The notes under the pieces: generated by a model | Seen by the model: the letters and a program-made list of their open reading frames with translations, nothing else | What the model was told of the DNA's origin: nothing | Database searches by the model: none | Position numbers and translations under genes: made by a program | In this document: one piece after another, positions 35,171 through 48,562 of the stretch | How positions within the stretch are numbered: the stretch's first letter is position 1 | Layout: each line of letters begins with the position of its first letter | Assembly (NCBI GenBank): GCA_951804945.1 | Contig: OX638154.1 | Span: 32,364,001 to 32,428,000 of the forward strand | Direction of reading: 5' to 3' | DNA length: 64,000 nt | DNA from: Podarcis cretensis | Lineage: Eukaryota

Positions 35171-36927
35171 CATCTTCCACTAATATGTTGTACTAGTTTT
35201 GAATGCTTGCTTTAACTTGTATTAAATTGTTTGCTTGCATTTGAATAATCTACATTTTCTTATGCTTTTAAATTAGGGATTAATAAACTTTTTAAAAACC
35301 TTTTCCTATTTCTCATTTGCAAATCTATTGCATAGTAATTTGTATCTGTGACTGTCATAACATTTTAAAGGTGACACTGCAGATTTCGAACCTGTTTTAT
35401 TTTAAAAGAAAACTCTTTAATTAAGAGTACTTACTACAATAAATATAAGCAACATTGTAAAACTGGACAAAATATATTACAACACAAAACCACTGTTATC
35501 AGCCTGAAGGGAAGGGTTTAAATAAAACAATAACTATTATAATTATAATTATAATTATAATTATTTCTACCAGGAACTAAATGAACTTCAGAAAGACTGT
35601 GACATCATATTTTTACCAAATATGATGTACTGTATCCAGTACATCAATAGCCCTTCCAGCACTTAGACATTAGGATGAATGTGAAGTACTCTCTGTATCT
35701 TCATGAGATTTAGCATTATTAGTGGATGACTTTGAACCTAGCATAGATATATTGAAAAAATGTTTAAATGAAATTTGCTTCCAGTATTCTGGTGGCATAA
35801 GCTGGTTTCCTGATTTCTTTAGTAATGGGAAAATGTGCTTGTAAATCCCAGGCAACATGGCACCTTTGGAGCATTTATTTTTCATACTACTGGCTACTTG
35901 GTTGTTTCAGCTAAAGTTCATTTTATAGTTCTCTCTGCAACCATAAGGAAAAAGGAAGGTTCTTCTGATGAGCTTCAACTAAATCAAAGCCAATTTATTG
36001 AAAATTTTATGATACTTCAAAAGCAATTATGTAAGTTTTTATCCCTTCATGTTAGCAAGCTGATGAATGGTTTTAAAAACATTTTCTTTTAACAAAAAAG
36101 GTTTTCTTTTTAAAAAAAAGAAATCATGAACATTTTAAATACTATTTCCTTTATCACATTATTTTTCCTAGAGATGCCAGTCCTTTTTTAATTTGGGAAG
36201 GCTTTTAACAGTACTATGTAGCTATTTCAGAGTGGCATTATCTGAAACAGCAACATAATCAAACACAGGGTGCAGGAGAGGTGTATTACTGGTTCCTATC
36301 TGACTTCTAAAATACATCTTGCAGTGCCTGGTAACTCTAGAGTTTTCCATCCAAACACCAAACCAAGTATTGGCTTGCTTGTATAAAGGAATTAATGGCT
36401 TTGTGAAAGCTGCAGAGTAGGAGGAAATTCTTAAAAAAAAAAAAAAAAGAACAAAAGTGAGGAGCAAGGAATAGGCTGGAGAGATTTCATGTCTCTAGAT
36501 ACCAAGCAATGTGATGTATAGGAATTTTGAAGTAGTTATGCATTCCTGTGTGGGACTGAAATATAAGATTGTGACATAAGATAAGTGTTTTAAAAATAAA
36601 AAGTTCGTTGGTGCACAGAAGCCTAAAATATTATTCCAGCCTTGAGCTAAATGAGCTTAATGCAAGAAGTTTGCTTTTGGATTGTCATATCTGAAGCTGG
36701 TGTTCTCCAGAAGGATTTGTCTTGGTTCCAGTTTTTGACTGTGTTCTTGTTAACAGCCTTTAACATTCCATATTGCAATTTACTGGAAAGCTTTGATGCA
36801 ATTGTGCTTTAAAAGTACTTTGTAGAGAAAGCTGCATAAATAAAGATCACAAATTGTAAATTGATTTAAGATCTGCAGGAGCTTTTAAACATAAGTATCT
36901 AGGTTAAGCATATGGTGTCTTAAATAG

Positions 36928-37106
36928 NNNNNNNNNNNNNNNNNNNNNNNNNNNNNNNNNNNNNNNNNNNNNNNNNNNNNNNNNNNNNNNNNNNNNNNNN
37001 NNNNNNNNNNNNNNNNNNNNNNNNNNNNNNNNNNNNNNNNNNNNNNNNNNNNNNNNNNNNNNNNNNNNNNNNNNNNNNNNNNNNNNNNNNNNNNNNNNNN
37101 NNNNNN
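36928..37106. other. Assembly gap (179 N) covering the RBM12 splice acceptor and about the first 42 codons
   Basis: Run of N; sequence resumes in frame at AFIVFATDEDARLGMMR. Confidence 0.98.
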
Positions 37107-37107
37107 G

Positions 37108-39624
37108 GCTTTCATCGTCTTTGCCACTGATGAAGATGCAAGGCTGGGTATGATGCGCACAGGTGGTACCATTAAAGGGTCCAAAGTAACACTGTTGCTG
37201 AGCAGTAAAACTGAAATGCAGAATATGATTGAACTCAGTCGCAGGCGCTTTGAAACAGCAAATCTAGATATGCCACCAGCAAATGCTAGCAGGTCTGGGC
37301 CTCCACCTAGTTCTGGAATAAGTAGCAGGGTGACTCTTCCTACGACAGTACCTAACTTTAACAGTCCCTCTCCTAGTGTAGTTACTGCAGCTACTTCAGT
37401 TCATGAAAGCAACAAAAACATACCAACATTCTCCACTGCCAGTATGGGAACTGCTCCTCCTAATATTGGTGCTACTTTTGGAAGTCCCACCTTTAGTTCC
37501 ACCATACCTAGTACAGCATCCTCAATGAACACAGTACCACCTCCACCAATACCTCCAATTCCAGCTCTGCCGTCATTGCCCCCAATGCCTTCCATTCCTC
37601 CCATCCCTGTCCCACCTCCAGTACCTACACTGCCTCCTGTTCCCCCAGTTCCCCCAATACCTCCTGTACCTCCTGTGCCACCTATGACCCCTCTGCCTCC
37701 TTTATCAGGAATGCCTCCAATGAATCCCCCACCTGTAGCACCTTTGCCTACAGGAATGAATGGATCTGGAACAGCCATGAATCTGAGCACTAACTTGAAT
37801 CCAATGTTCATGAGTCCCATAAATCCTATTCAGATCAATTCTCAAAGTGGTGTGAAATCACTTCCTATCAATCCAGATGATCTGTATGTCAGTGTGCATG
37901 GAATGCCATTCTCAGCAACAGAATCTGACGTGAAAGACTTTTTTCATGGACTTCGTGTGGATGCAGTGCATATACTGAAAGATCATGTAGGACGAAATAA
38001 TGGAAATGGATTAGTTAAGTTTTGTTCTCCTCAAGATACATTTGAGGCCTTGAAGCGAAACAGGATGCTGATGATTCAGCGCTATGTCGAAGTTGGTCCT
38101 GCAACAGAGAGACAGTGGGTGTCTGCAGGAGGCCATATAACATTCAAGCAAACCATGGGTCCTTCTGGACAAAATCATCCTTCTCCGCAGACTCTGTCTC
38201 TGTCTAAATCACCTAATGGTCAGAAAAGATCCAGATCCAGATCACCACATGACCAGGGCTTCTGTGTTTATTTAAAAGGACTTCCTTTTGAATCTGAGAA
38301 CAAGCATGTAATAGATTTCTTTAAAAAGCTTGATATTGTGGAAGACAGTATTTACATAGCTTATGGACCCAATGGGAAAGCACTTGGTGAAGGTTTTGTT
38401 GAGTTCAGAAATGAAACTGACTACAAAGCAGCTTTATGTCATCATAAGCAGTACATTGGAAATCGTTTCATTCAAGTACATCCCATAACAAAAAAAGCTA
38501 TGTTAGAAAAGATAGAAATGATTCGGAAAAGACTGCAGAACTTCAACTATGATCAGCGTGAGATCATTATGAATACTGAAGGGGAGACTGGCCCTTCTAA
38601 ACTATGTGCACATATATCCAATATCCCCTACAACATTACTAAAATGGAAATCCTTCAGTTTCTAGAGGGACTGGCAGTGGAAGAGAACTCTATACAAATT
38701 CTTGTTGATACTAATGGGCAAGGTTTAGGACAAGCACTGGTCCAATTCAAAGCTGAAGAAGATGCTCGTAAATCAGAGCGCCTGCATCGAAAGAAACTAA
38801 ATGGGAGAGATGTTGTGCTAAGAGTTATTTCCCTTGAAGAAATGAGAGAAATTGAGAGAAATCCTCCCTCCCAGGGGAAAAAAATGTTGAAAATGCCATT
38901 GCAAGGGAGTGCACTAATGCCAGGAGTGCAGAATGCTGGTGGGGATAAACATTCTTTCATAGGTAATAGCCCCAAAGATGCAAACAGTGGTCCTCCTTTT
39001 CATTTTCCCAGCAATTTCAGTGGGTCTAATGCATTTGGCCCCCCTCTTCCACCTCCAGGAATAGGTGGTGGCTTTGGTGATTCAAGGCCAGGGATGCCTT
39101 CTATTGGAAATAGTGGCCTTCCTGGTCTGCCTGGTTCAGGAATTGATGTTCCGGGTTTTGGAGGTGGGCCTAGCAATTTAACTGGGCCATCAGGTTTCAC
39201 AGGAGGTCCTCAGAACTTTGGAAATGGGCCTGGTAATTTAACTGTTCCTCCTAACTTTGGTAGTGGACCTCCAGGTCTTGGTGGTGCGCTTGGACATTTA
39301 AGTGGACCTCCAGGGTTTGGACCTGGACCTGGAAACTTGCATATTGCTGGGCCACCTGGGTTTGGAGCTGGCTCTGGAAAGCCAGGGCCAACTGTCATTA
39401 AAGTTCAGAATATGCCCTTTACTGTATCAGTGGATGAAATTTTGGATTTCTTCTATGGTTACCAAGTAATCCCGGGTTCAGTGTGCTTAAAATACAATGA
39501 AAAGGGCATGCCAACGGGTGAAGCAATGGTTGCATTTGAATCTCGTGATGAAGCAATGGCAGCTGTTGTTGATCTGAATGACAGGCCAATAGGCTCAAGA
39601 AAAGTCAAACTTGTTCTAGGGTAG
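37108..39624 (+). CDS. RBM12: RNA-binding protein 12, single coding exon with multiple RRMs and Pro-rich and Gly/Pro-rich regions; 5'-incomplete because of the gap (~880 aa predicted)
   Basis: The 824-aa ORF from 37150 extends upstream in frame to the gap. RRM motifs LYVSVHGMPFSA, FCVYLKGLPFE, CAHISNIPYN and VIKVQNMPF; ends IGSRKVKLVLG*. Confidence 0.97.
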   Translation, partial: AFIVFATDEDARLGMMRTGGTIKGSKVTLLLSSKTEMQNMIELSRRRFETANLDMPPANASRSGPPPSSGISSRVTLPTTVPNFNSPSPSVVTAATSVHESNKNIPTFSTASMGTAPPNIGATFGSPTFSSTIPSTASSMNTVPPPPIPPIPALPSLPPMPSIPPIPVPPPVPTLPPVPPVPPIPPVPPVPPMTPLPPLSGMPPMNPPPVAPLPTGMNGSGTAMNLSTNLNPMFMSPINPIQINSQSGVKSLPINPDDLYVSVHGMPFSATESDVKDFFHGLRVDAVHILKDHVGRNNGNGLVKFCSPQDTFEALKRNRMLMIQRYVEVGPATERQWVSAGGHITFKQTMGPSGQNHPSPQTLSLSKSPNGQKRSRSRSPHDQGFCVYLKGLPFESENKHVIDFFKKLDIVEDSIYIAYGPNGKALGEGFVEFRNETDYKAALCHHKQYIGNRFIQVHPITKKAMLEKIEMIRKRLQNFNYDQREIIMNTEGETGPSKLCAHISNIPYNITKMEILQFLEGLAVEENSIQILVDTNGQGLGQALVQFKAEEDARKSERLHRKKLNGRDVVLRVISLEEMREIERNPPSQGKKMLKMPLQGSALMPGVQNAGGDKHSFIGNSPKDANSGPPFHFPSNFSGSNAFGPPLPPPGIGGGFGDSRPGMPSIGNSGLPGLPGSGIDVPGFGGGPSNLTGPSGFTGGPQNFGNGPGNLTVPPNFGSGPPGLGGALGHLSGPPGFGPGPGNLHIAGPPGFGAGSGKPGPTVIKVQNMPFTVSVDEILDFFYGYQVIPGSVCLKYNEKGMPTGEAMVAFESRDEAMAAVVDLNDRPIGSRKVKLVLG

Positions 39625-41208
39625 CTGTTAATATAAAATGTTTGTAGAATAGATATTAGTGCTGTGATTTATGCATTCAGACTGTTTTATAGTAGCTCCA
39701 GGTTAGAACCTATAAATTGTTTAAACTTTCCATTTGTTTTGATTTGACTGGTTTAATTGTTTACAGAGCAATCACTGCAAGGGGAAATGTGCAGTTGTTC
39801 TACCAGTACAGATACATAAAGAAGGATTCTCATAAGTAGAAAAAGTTTGCTAATGCTAAATTAACCATGCAATGTTTATCAAGGAGTCTAGATTGTGTTT
39901 TTGTTTTTTTTGAAATCTTGGATGAGGAAAACTGTCTTGATGAAGTTAGTGATCTCTTAGTGGGTGCTGTTGCAAGCTATTGTAAAATAGGAAGTAGCTA
40001 TTTCTAGAGTTGCTTAAAAGCTGGCTGAATTTCTTTGTTTACACAGGTCAAAGTTTTTTTGTTTTTGTTTTTTGGGGGTTATTTTGCTTAAAAGTCCCGA
40101 GTTTAACTTTGCAACTGAATAAAGTCTAAGTATACACAGATTGTTTATGTACCTTATTTTTTCAAAGATTCTTGGTGTATGGACAGTGAAATTATGTACA
40201 TTGAGAAACATATAGGCAGTTTTCCTATACATAAACAGAACAATCTGTAAAATTCCAGCTTTTGTGGAATAATTTTAGTTCATATTTCAACTGACTGTAT
40301 AGAATAAGGCTTTTGCCACAAGTGCAGATACCTTCATTTATTACTCTGCATCTTTACTGTATGCTTAATATTGAATACATGGAGGTGCCATACCATGCCA
40401 CAATTTGAAAGTATAACTGTTTGATTAGATGGATTTGTTAGGATTGTATGTTACAGTTGGGATAGGATCCTCATCACTTGGTTTTTGTACACTCTGTATG
40501 TTGTGTATATTTTTGAACCACACCCTTCTGAAATCTCTTGGTTTATTAAGTGAACATAAGGGACTGATGCAAAGTGTTAATGTTAGCAATCATTTGTGTT
40601 ACTATGATTCCATGAAATCTTGTGAATTATTGCTATGATCACTTAAGATATTAAAGCATTGAAATGTCTCCCGTCACAAATTGAGTTCTTAAAGTCTTTC
40701 CAATTGATTACATTGTTCAAATTCTGTGTAGAATTGTCACTTTCTTGGTAGAACTCTCTTATGAAAGAGGGAAGATGCAATCAAAGACTGTCCATGATTA
40801 GATTCAACAAGTTGCCTGAAAAAACACTTGCAAATCATTGTATATTTAAAAAACATTTTAAGCTATTCTGATCCCAGTTAAAGGGAAACAGTGTCCATTA
40901 GAGTTGGGTATGATGGAACATCTGAAGTGCACAGCCTGGCATAATGTAGACGTGCAAGTGGCAACCATTCTATTCTAGTCATCCAGTGTGTTAGGTGAAT
41001 GAAAAAACATGCTGAATTGCTGCATCATGAGAGGATTTTGCAGTACAGTAATTTCAAGGATTGTGTGAAAGTGTTGCAATGAAGTGGTGGCTGTATTGCA
41101 AATTTTGTAATTCATGGATTTGAAACTGTTTTGACAGGAACAGAGATGGTGCATTCCTGAAAAATGACATGATTGTACTACACTGTTAAAATTACTAAGC
41201 CTCCTGTT

Positions 41209-41300
41209 AATAAAACTGTCTTTCTGAAGTTTCTTGCTATCTATTTTTAATTGTCTGGTGTGTTTCAACAGCAGACTTCTTTTATTGAACGGTCAATAAA
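41209..41300 (+). terminator. RBM12: Probable RBM12 polyadenylation signals (3' UTR ~1.7 kb)
   Basis: AATAAA at 41209-41214 and 41295-41300, ending a repeat-poor AT-rich region. Confidence 0.6.
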
Positions 41301-43489
41301 AATATTACATTTTGAGGAAATGGCCTGAATAGGGAATGAGCATTTTCTACATCTATTTTTAAAGTTTGTTCTCTAATTGCCAACTAGTTTGCAATCATAT
41401 GGGTATGACTGCAGGAAGACAAATCCTGAAAAGTAAAATAATGAGGTTGAACTGAAAAGTTCTGTTTCATGAATGAAATGACTTCTTTCAATCACTGGTG
41501 GCTATTTCCATGGATGGGCAGTCCCTTTAATGAGTGGAATGGAACCTTTGGATTTAGCCCAATGTTTTATTTCAAGAATTGGTTGAATTTTGAAAGTAGT
41601 ATGTAGATGAATTGGTAACCGTACTTAAATATTGAATAATCCTAGCATTGCTTTTGTTGATGTTAACTTCAATTAAACTGGTGGTTTTTAGTCCTCTCTC
41701 ACTTAATGGTTTTGAACGCTTCCTTTCACTTTGAAGTGGGATTGTTAGATACTTCTGCAAATACTCTAGAAAATACAGCAGGGTACTAGGAAACTCTTGT
41801 AGATGTGTTTCTTCAGATTGTTATGCAGATGGTGTTTGAAATCCCATCTGATTCATATCCTGTATACTGTTTAAAAATTAAAAAATAGTGCACTAGTAAA
41901 TCTCTTAAAATGAGAGGATATATTTTTCTGAAGTTTTTTTAAATTGCAGCTGATCTTGCTAAAGCTATACTCAAAGCTTAATATTTATATTTGGTGTTTA
42001 TATACTCTCCAGTTAATCATGTCCTCTGGTCAGTGGCTATATTGACACTTAAACACATCAGTATACATATCAGATATTGGAAAATTCAAGTGATGTTATT
42101 ATAGGGGTTTTCTTAGTGGTGTACAAGCTGAAATTAATTTGGGAGCTTGTGTTAAAGTTTTGACGAGAAGACAATGTTTTCCTGGAAAATTCTGCAAGAT
42201 GGATTGGATCCTAGAAACCACTTACAGAATGTGCTGTCTCACCCACTCCAAGATTAGACGATCTTTATGTATATGGAGAAGGGAGTTACAAGACACCACA
42301 GAACCCACCTTGCATTAACAGAAATTTATTCTTCCCATACTAGAGTCCCCTTTTATTCCAAATAAATGAGTAGAACAAACAGCTAAATTTTGCTTATTTT
42401 ATCTAAGAAAACTTTACAGTGCAATCTTATGCCTATTTACTCAGAAGTCAGCCCCATTGAGTTCAGTGGGACTTATTCTTAGGTAATTATGTATAAGATT
42501 ATATTCGCAGTATGATTTCCAGTGTACAACAGATTGTCACCCTCATTGGAGTAGCAAAATAATATTTGTTTAGAGATGAAAGGCCAGATAAATACAAGCA
42601 ATATGTCTTTAAGATTCCAGTTAGATTTGTCTTTAATATTGGAGGTCCCAGTGGCATCTGTTAAATGAAACACTATTCACCAGTTTCACCTAGTGTGCCT
42701 GCTGCAGTGCCTCCTGGGCATAATTTGCCTTTCTAAAGTTATCTTTGCTGTTAACATCCATACTGCATAGTGTTGTATGTAGGATGTCCAAACTTCACTT
42801 TAAATAGCTGCTTGGAACTTATCCTGCCAGTATATATTATGTTTTAATCTTAATTCTGTTGGTTGGATCCTGAGAGAAAATGAGTGGAACTCTGCTCGCA
42901 CAATGGGGTTTTCTTGGCTCATCTTCCACACATCAATCCTCTGTGCCCCCTGGAAAGCTGTTCCTGAAGGTCAAGGGTCCTTTTGAACACTCTTTGATGG
43001 GGCATGTGACTGCAGCAGGAAATGGGTACCGCTTGAGAGGGCTGCCTTGTACAAATGGAAGTGCCTTTCTGCTTTTAGGAAATATCTTTGGATCCAAGCC
43101 ATTGAGTACAAGTAAAGTACTGGTCTTGATTGAAAGTTCAGAATTGGGGCTTCTGAAGGGCGTCTGATTCTGTGCAAATGTCTAAATTCATTGAGATCTT
43201 TAGAGAACCTACTGTGAGTACACCTGCTTTTGGAGATTCAGTGCATGGCTAATGGGGATAGAGTACTGTGAGTGGTGATGTCGAATTGATGGAATAAATT
43301 GATAGAACCACTTAGCTAGCCCCTAACTTTGCTAGCCTTTAGCTAACATTGGGGAGCATTAGATGGATTTAATTATATTTTTTGCTCTGCTAACGTTATT
43401 TAAGGAGCAATATTGTAGAAGGCATAGTGAGTCTTGTTTCTAAACATGTAGCTGATGTTCTCTAAGAGTATGAAATTAATATACTTCTA

Positions 43490-43732
43490 TATGAACAGTG
43501 GCTTCAAGTTACAAGAAAGGAGATTCCAACTAAACATCAGAAAAAAACACACAGTAAGAGCTGTTTGACGGTGGAACGGTCTCCTTCGGGAGGTTGTGGG
43601 CCCTCCTTCCTTGGAGGTTTTTAAGCAAAGGTTGGGTGCTGTGGATGCTTTAACTGAGATTCCTGCATTGCAGGAGGTTGGACTAGATGACCCTTGGGGT
43701 ACCTTCCAACTGTACAATTCTGTGATTCTATA
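43490..43732 (+). mobile_element. CR1 LINE 3' fragment
   Basis: AAGTTACAAGAAAGGAGATTCC...TTGGAGGTTTTTAAGCA...TTGGACTAGATGACC...ATTCTGTGATTCTA. Confidence 0.85.
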
Positions 43733-45966
43733 ATACAGTTTTCTAGATTTTGATTAGAATTTTATAAACTGCCTTTCTGCTTTAGAGTATTTGAAGCAGT
43801 GTTCAGGAAAAACACCTAACAGTACACTGCCAAAGTATACGGCACTTTATTAAATCAAATACTACACAGTTATTCACCATGAGGAAGCCACTTATTAAAT
43901 TCTAACTACGAGAAAGAAGAAAAACGTATAGAAGAGAGATAAAGGTGGAAGGAATAATTTTTGTCTTCAGCTGCACACATTTAGGCATTTTGTCTTTGGG
44001 TGAGAAGCCTTTATGGAAGACAGACATTTTGAGATGTGATACAATATTGATTTATAAAGAGGAGCAAACGGTAGAGCCATTTAAGTGAGCTAGTGGCTTT
44101 TGGGAAGCAGAGGACACCAAACATGATGGTGCCCAATGTTACGACACTTCGCTGCAAAAGCAACTATTTATAATGACTTAAAATAATTTCTGTTAGAAGA
44201 CGCTGTTGTGTTAAAACAAAGGACTTCCATTTTTAAAAAATATATATCAGATATTGTGTTAGAAAATAAAGCTACCACTTGGTGATTCAGTTAAGGAAAC
44301 CTATGCACATAAGCAGGTTTCTGTGTATTTTTTATTTAACCAGATTTCTGTTTAATTTAACAATTTATATCATGTTTAATTGTAAGCACCTCTAAGAAGT
44401 TTACATAAAATACATAATAAATATTACAACAAAGAATAAATAAATATTGCCTCAAAAAGAAGTTTTTAGCAGGCACCAAAAATAGTACAGCGAAGGCACC
44501 TGTATAATGCCGAAAGGAATTGCGTTCCAGAGGAGGTGCGGCATTAACAGCATTGTAGGCAGTATTGAGTTCAGTACACTAAATAGGGGTCAGCAGCTGG
44601 AAGTGCTTGTGCCAAATTCAGCCAGAGGCAGAAGAGATGTTGAGGCTGCAATATCTGTGGCATCAGCTTGCTGGCAGGCCACTTTTTAGGGACTGCATGT
44701 GGGATTTTGGCAAATAAGCATCTATTCATTAAAGTGAGAGGAAAACACTGCTGACTTGCAGCATACAGAAATTGGTTTTTGATCTGTTGTTGGTCTGCCG
44801 ATGCATAAGACATTAGTCCTTACACTGCATAAGTGATTGATTGTAAAGAGCATATGGAAGGGACACTGCCAGATTTCTGAAATTGTGATAATTTCTCGTA
44901 GTGAAAAATGCTTTATTTTGGTGTTTCTATTCTACATAGCATGGTTACTTGTGCGAGGAACTTGGCTTTGTGTTTGTATTTTATAAAAAGCAAAATTCTG
45001 CATTAAAAGAAGAAAATTCCTGCAGCCTGCCTAAATTACACAACTTAATTTTGCTTGTTTTTGCTTCTCCTTATTTATTGCCCAAGCACTTAATCTCTGT
45101 CCATGATACCTAGAGAGTTGGACTTTATATTCAACGTTTTCATGTAATTCATGGTTTTATGTATTTATGCAGACGTGTGTACAGGCAGCTTTATTATTTT
45201 ATTTGTTGTGTGTGTGGCCAAGGACATATGTCTCTCCCAGTATATCTTCACAGCTGCCTTTATGAAGAATAGTGACTGTCCAAGGATTTACACAGTGCTC
45301 TTCATGGCTTAGTGGGGATTTGAATGTGGGTCTCTCCTAGGTCCAACAAAATTCTGTTGTAGCTTAGGTGTGTGTGCACAACTGTGCCCTGTTGTAACTA
45401 TTATTTTTGGTGCAATACTAAGTTCTAATTGGTAGCAATAAGGTTTATTGCAAAATATGCCTGAGCATATGAAAAGTGATAGGTTGCAGGTACTCAAGCT
45501 ACAATTGCGGCAATTCAGAACTTTTTTTGGCAGCCTTTCTTTTGATTTCAGGTCCTTTCTGTGGATTTTGAGATTTTTAGGTTAGCTAGCTTTGGCCTTT
45601 GCAGTACAGAGTTTGGCGAAATAATTACTTAGTAACAAGTTTAGAAAATTGTTGTTATTCCTTTCTTCTGAATTGTACTTCTTTTACTCAGAACAAGTTT
45701 AAATGTATTCAGCACTTAGATGGTTTAGCTCACAACTTTATTAATACATGGGCCTTCCACCAAAAACCGAATGTGTCATATGTGAGAGACAGATATTTTT
45801 GTGCTAAAATTGGTTACTATGGTGCAGCAGAACATTAGTTTGCAGGTTCAATATGAGGTTTGTTCTCTACCTTTTAAACCAGGATTTGCTGAATGATACT
45901 TTCTCTTAAACTTGTTTAGGTGTAGTTAACAGATATTTCTCAAATACGTATAGATTAATTCCAGAG

Positions 45967-46238
45967 TAGTTGTTCCCAAACTCCCCCCCCCCATGGGCCA
46001 CTTGAAAATTGGATGGCAGACCACTTAGTTATTTTTCTTCCTGTTGTAGCAATTGTCATGCACTTGCAGATGCTGTGTGATTTTTACTTGTATTTAATTG
46101 TATTACAACTTGTATTCCAGAGAATAAAATTGTAATACTATATGAGAAATGAAAAGATAAAATTCAAATGAATATTTATTGTGGACATGCAATGGATCAC
46201 CTGGGTGAAGCTCGCAGACCACAGTTCAGAAACCCTTG
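45967..46238. mobile_element. hAT-type non-autonomous element, an inverted relative of 48222-48562
   Basis: ATGGGCCACTTGAAAATTG is the reverse-complement counterpart of CAATTTTCAAAAGGCCCAT in the 48.2-kb copy; AT-rich core. Confidence 0.65.
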
Positions 46239-48221
46239 CTATAGAACCTTGTTAAAGTTTTCAGAACAGTGAAACTTTGCATACAAGTAATGCGATGCTT
46301 AATTTAAGGTGCATGCATGGCCCTTGGGAGAACTATCCTTTTTTGCTTGGATTATTCAAACATTTTTTTCTTGCATTCTTTACTGTTAAGCTGTAGGTCT
46401 AGTGTTGTGTATTGGATCTGGTTATTGCTATGGACAATAAAATTAAAATCTAAACTTTGACTATAGAATACTTGAAATTATACTGTATAGATTGAAAACT
46501 TCCTTTAGCAAATCAGTGTTGTCAGTCATCCTTTGTCTGTTGGTTCTATTACTGGAAAATGGTGGTATTTTGACACTGGCCTATCAAGAATACGGTTGTG
46601 ATGCTAAAGAATCCAGAGAATTACATCACATTTAATATACATCACTTTAGGTAAAACGTCTAGCTAAATGGTTGATTGGCAGTCGGTGCATTTAATTTGC
46701 TTGGATTAGCTCTCAGGGTTCTAGCAAAGTGTTTTGTTCATATCTATGACTCATGTGGCCCTCATGGTAGTATTCCCAAACCACCTCAAAGGTCTATAAG
46801 CTGTAAGGCAGTTGGCTCTGCTTACTCACACAGCGATGATGACCAAAAATATTTCTCACTCTATCACAAGACAGTACAAGTGTCAAATCTCCTAAAGAAC
46901 AGATACTATGATAGATTTGAACTTTGCGGACTTAATACTAGTGCAGAAAAAATTGTGGTCATTGTGTGGATGACCAGTACCAGCTACCTTAAGGTCATTG
47001 TAAAGACTACATCCCTTGAAAAAATAGATTTTGAAATGCACCGGGAACAAAGAATAGTCTGCCCCTCTCATCATTATTGTGCGTATCTTACCTTTAAACC
47101 TGGCATACAGGTATACATTTTATGAAATAAGAATAATAAATAAATAAAGTGCCTGCTGAAACAGGAAAGCCTGTCAAGAACCTGGAATTCAGTAGGGAAG
47201 AGTTCTGCATAATCTCAAAGCAGATTATCAAATTTGGTAGAAATTCAAATTAGACCAAACTAGAGAACACATTTCCATGTAATAAGGAATGTGCAGTCAA
47301 CACTGGAAAAATGCTTCACTCAAAGTTAACCACCTAAAATCTGGTGCTGCTAAGATTTGAGAATTCTTTTGTTTCATTTCTGTGCAGGGCTGGCTGTTAG
47401 GAATTCTTCTTTAGAATGAAGGCTCAGAGCAGTTTAAGTAGCAGCCTACTGCCTACCCACCCAGTAATTGGATTCACTCTTGCTTAGCTTCACTGGTGCA
47501 CTCTGTGATCTCCAGTTGAAGGGTGGTATACAAATTTAATAAATAAAAATTATAAATGATAGATTTTCCTAATAGAGCTACTCCAAAGAGAAATGCTAAC
47601 AATAACTATATGCAAATTATGCACTTGTTTAGTTGGGAGAGTTTTTTATTTAACCAATGCATGATTTTTCTAATGAAACTGAGAGGTGGCCATTGAATTT
47701 CCTCACATGTATGCAGAAGCATTTCATGCTGCCTACAGAAGCTGCTTTGTATCCAAGCTTACAATGTTTCCAGGCATTCAGTACAGTAACTTCTAAAAGG
47801 TGAAGATTAGACATTGATTGCCAGTCGATGACAGGTGAGTTACAAGACTCAGGTTTTGTTAAAATGGTATCTTAAAGACAACCATGAACCAGTGTTGTCT
47901 TTGTAACAAATTTACCATGTAGTACTTGAAGTATAGATCTGGTGCTGGAAAGAAACAAGTGGCTAAAGAATGAACTAAGCATACACAATGAGAAATGGTG
48001 GGAAATACACTAAACAGTAATACATCCTGGCATTTGGTCGGTTTTCAGCTAGAGGAGGCTTGCAAAATCCCCCAACTTTCAAACAGTAAATAACAAATAA
48101 GGTTCTAAGTTGAGCAGCTGTTTTCTCTATAGTTAAGGGAAGAGGATATGTTGATCATCATCACAAATGGGAACTGAAGGTTTCACTGAGATAATGAAAC
48201 TGCATCTATAATGGCTTATTG

Positions 48222-48562
48222 CAGGGGTTCCCAAATTCGCCTGGGGACTGAGCTTCATTCAGGTGGTCCACAGTGTGTTTGTGGATTTGTGGTTGAATGT
48301 GGGGGTCTGCACATCCATTTCATTAGTCATACTGATCTTTAATTGTATTTTAATTGCTTCTTTTATTTAATACATTCTATGGAAATCAAATTGTAATACA
48401 ATATGTAAAATAAAAGATGCAATTAAAATACAATTAAAATCATGCAGCATATATCATAATTTAATACAATTACCACAACCAACAGAAAAGTTGGTAAGCG
48501 GTCCTCCAAGACCTTCAGCAATTTTCAAAAGGCCCATTTGGAGGAAAGCATGGGAACCACTG
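48222..48562. mobile_element. hAT-type non-autonomous DNA transposon
   Basis: TIR CAGGGGTTCCC...GGGAACCACTG with a perfect 8-bp TSD GCTTATTG (48214-48221 and 48563-48570). Confidence 0.9.

Noticed and set aside
35965-35995. CTGATGAG motif as another hammerhead or a C/D box
   Set aside because: No following stem plus GAAA, and no terminal stem or paired box
37401-39398. Minus-strand Gly/Pro-rich ORFs
   Set aside because: Antisense shadows of low-complexity RBM12 coding sequence
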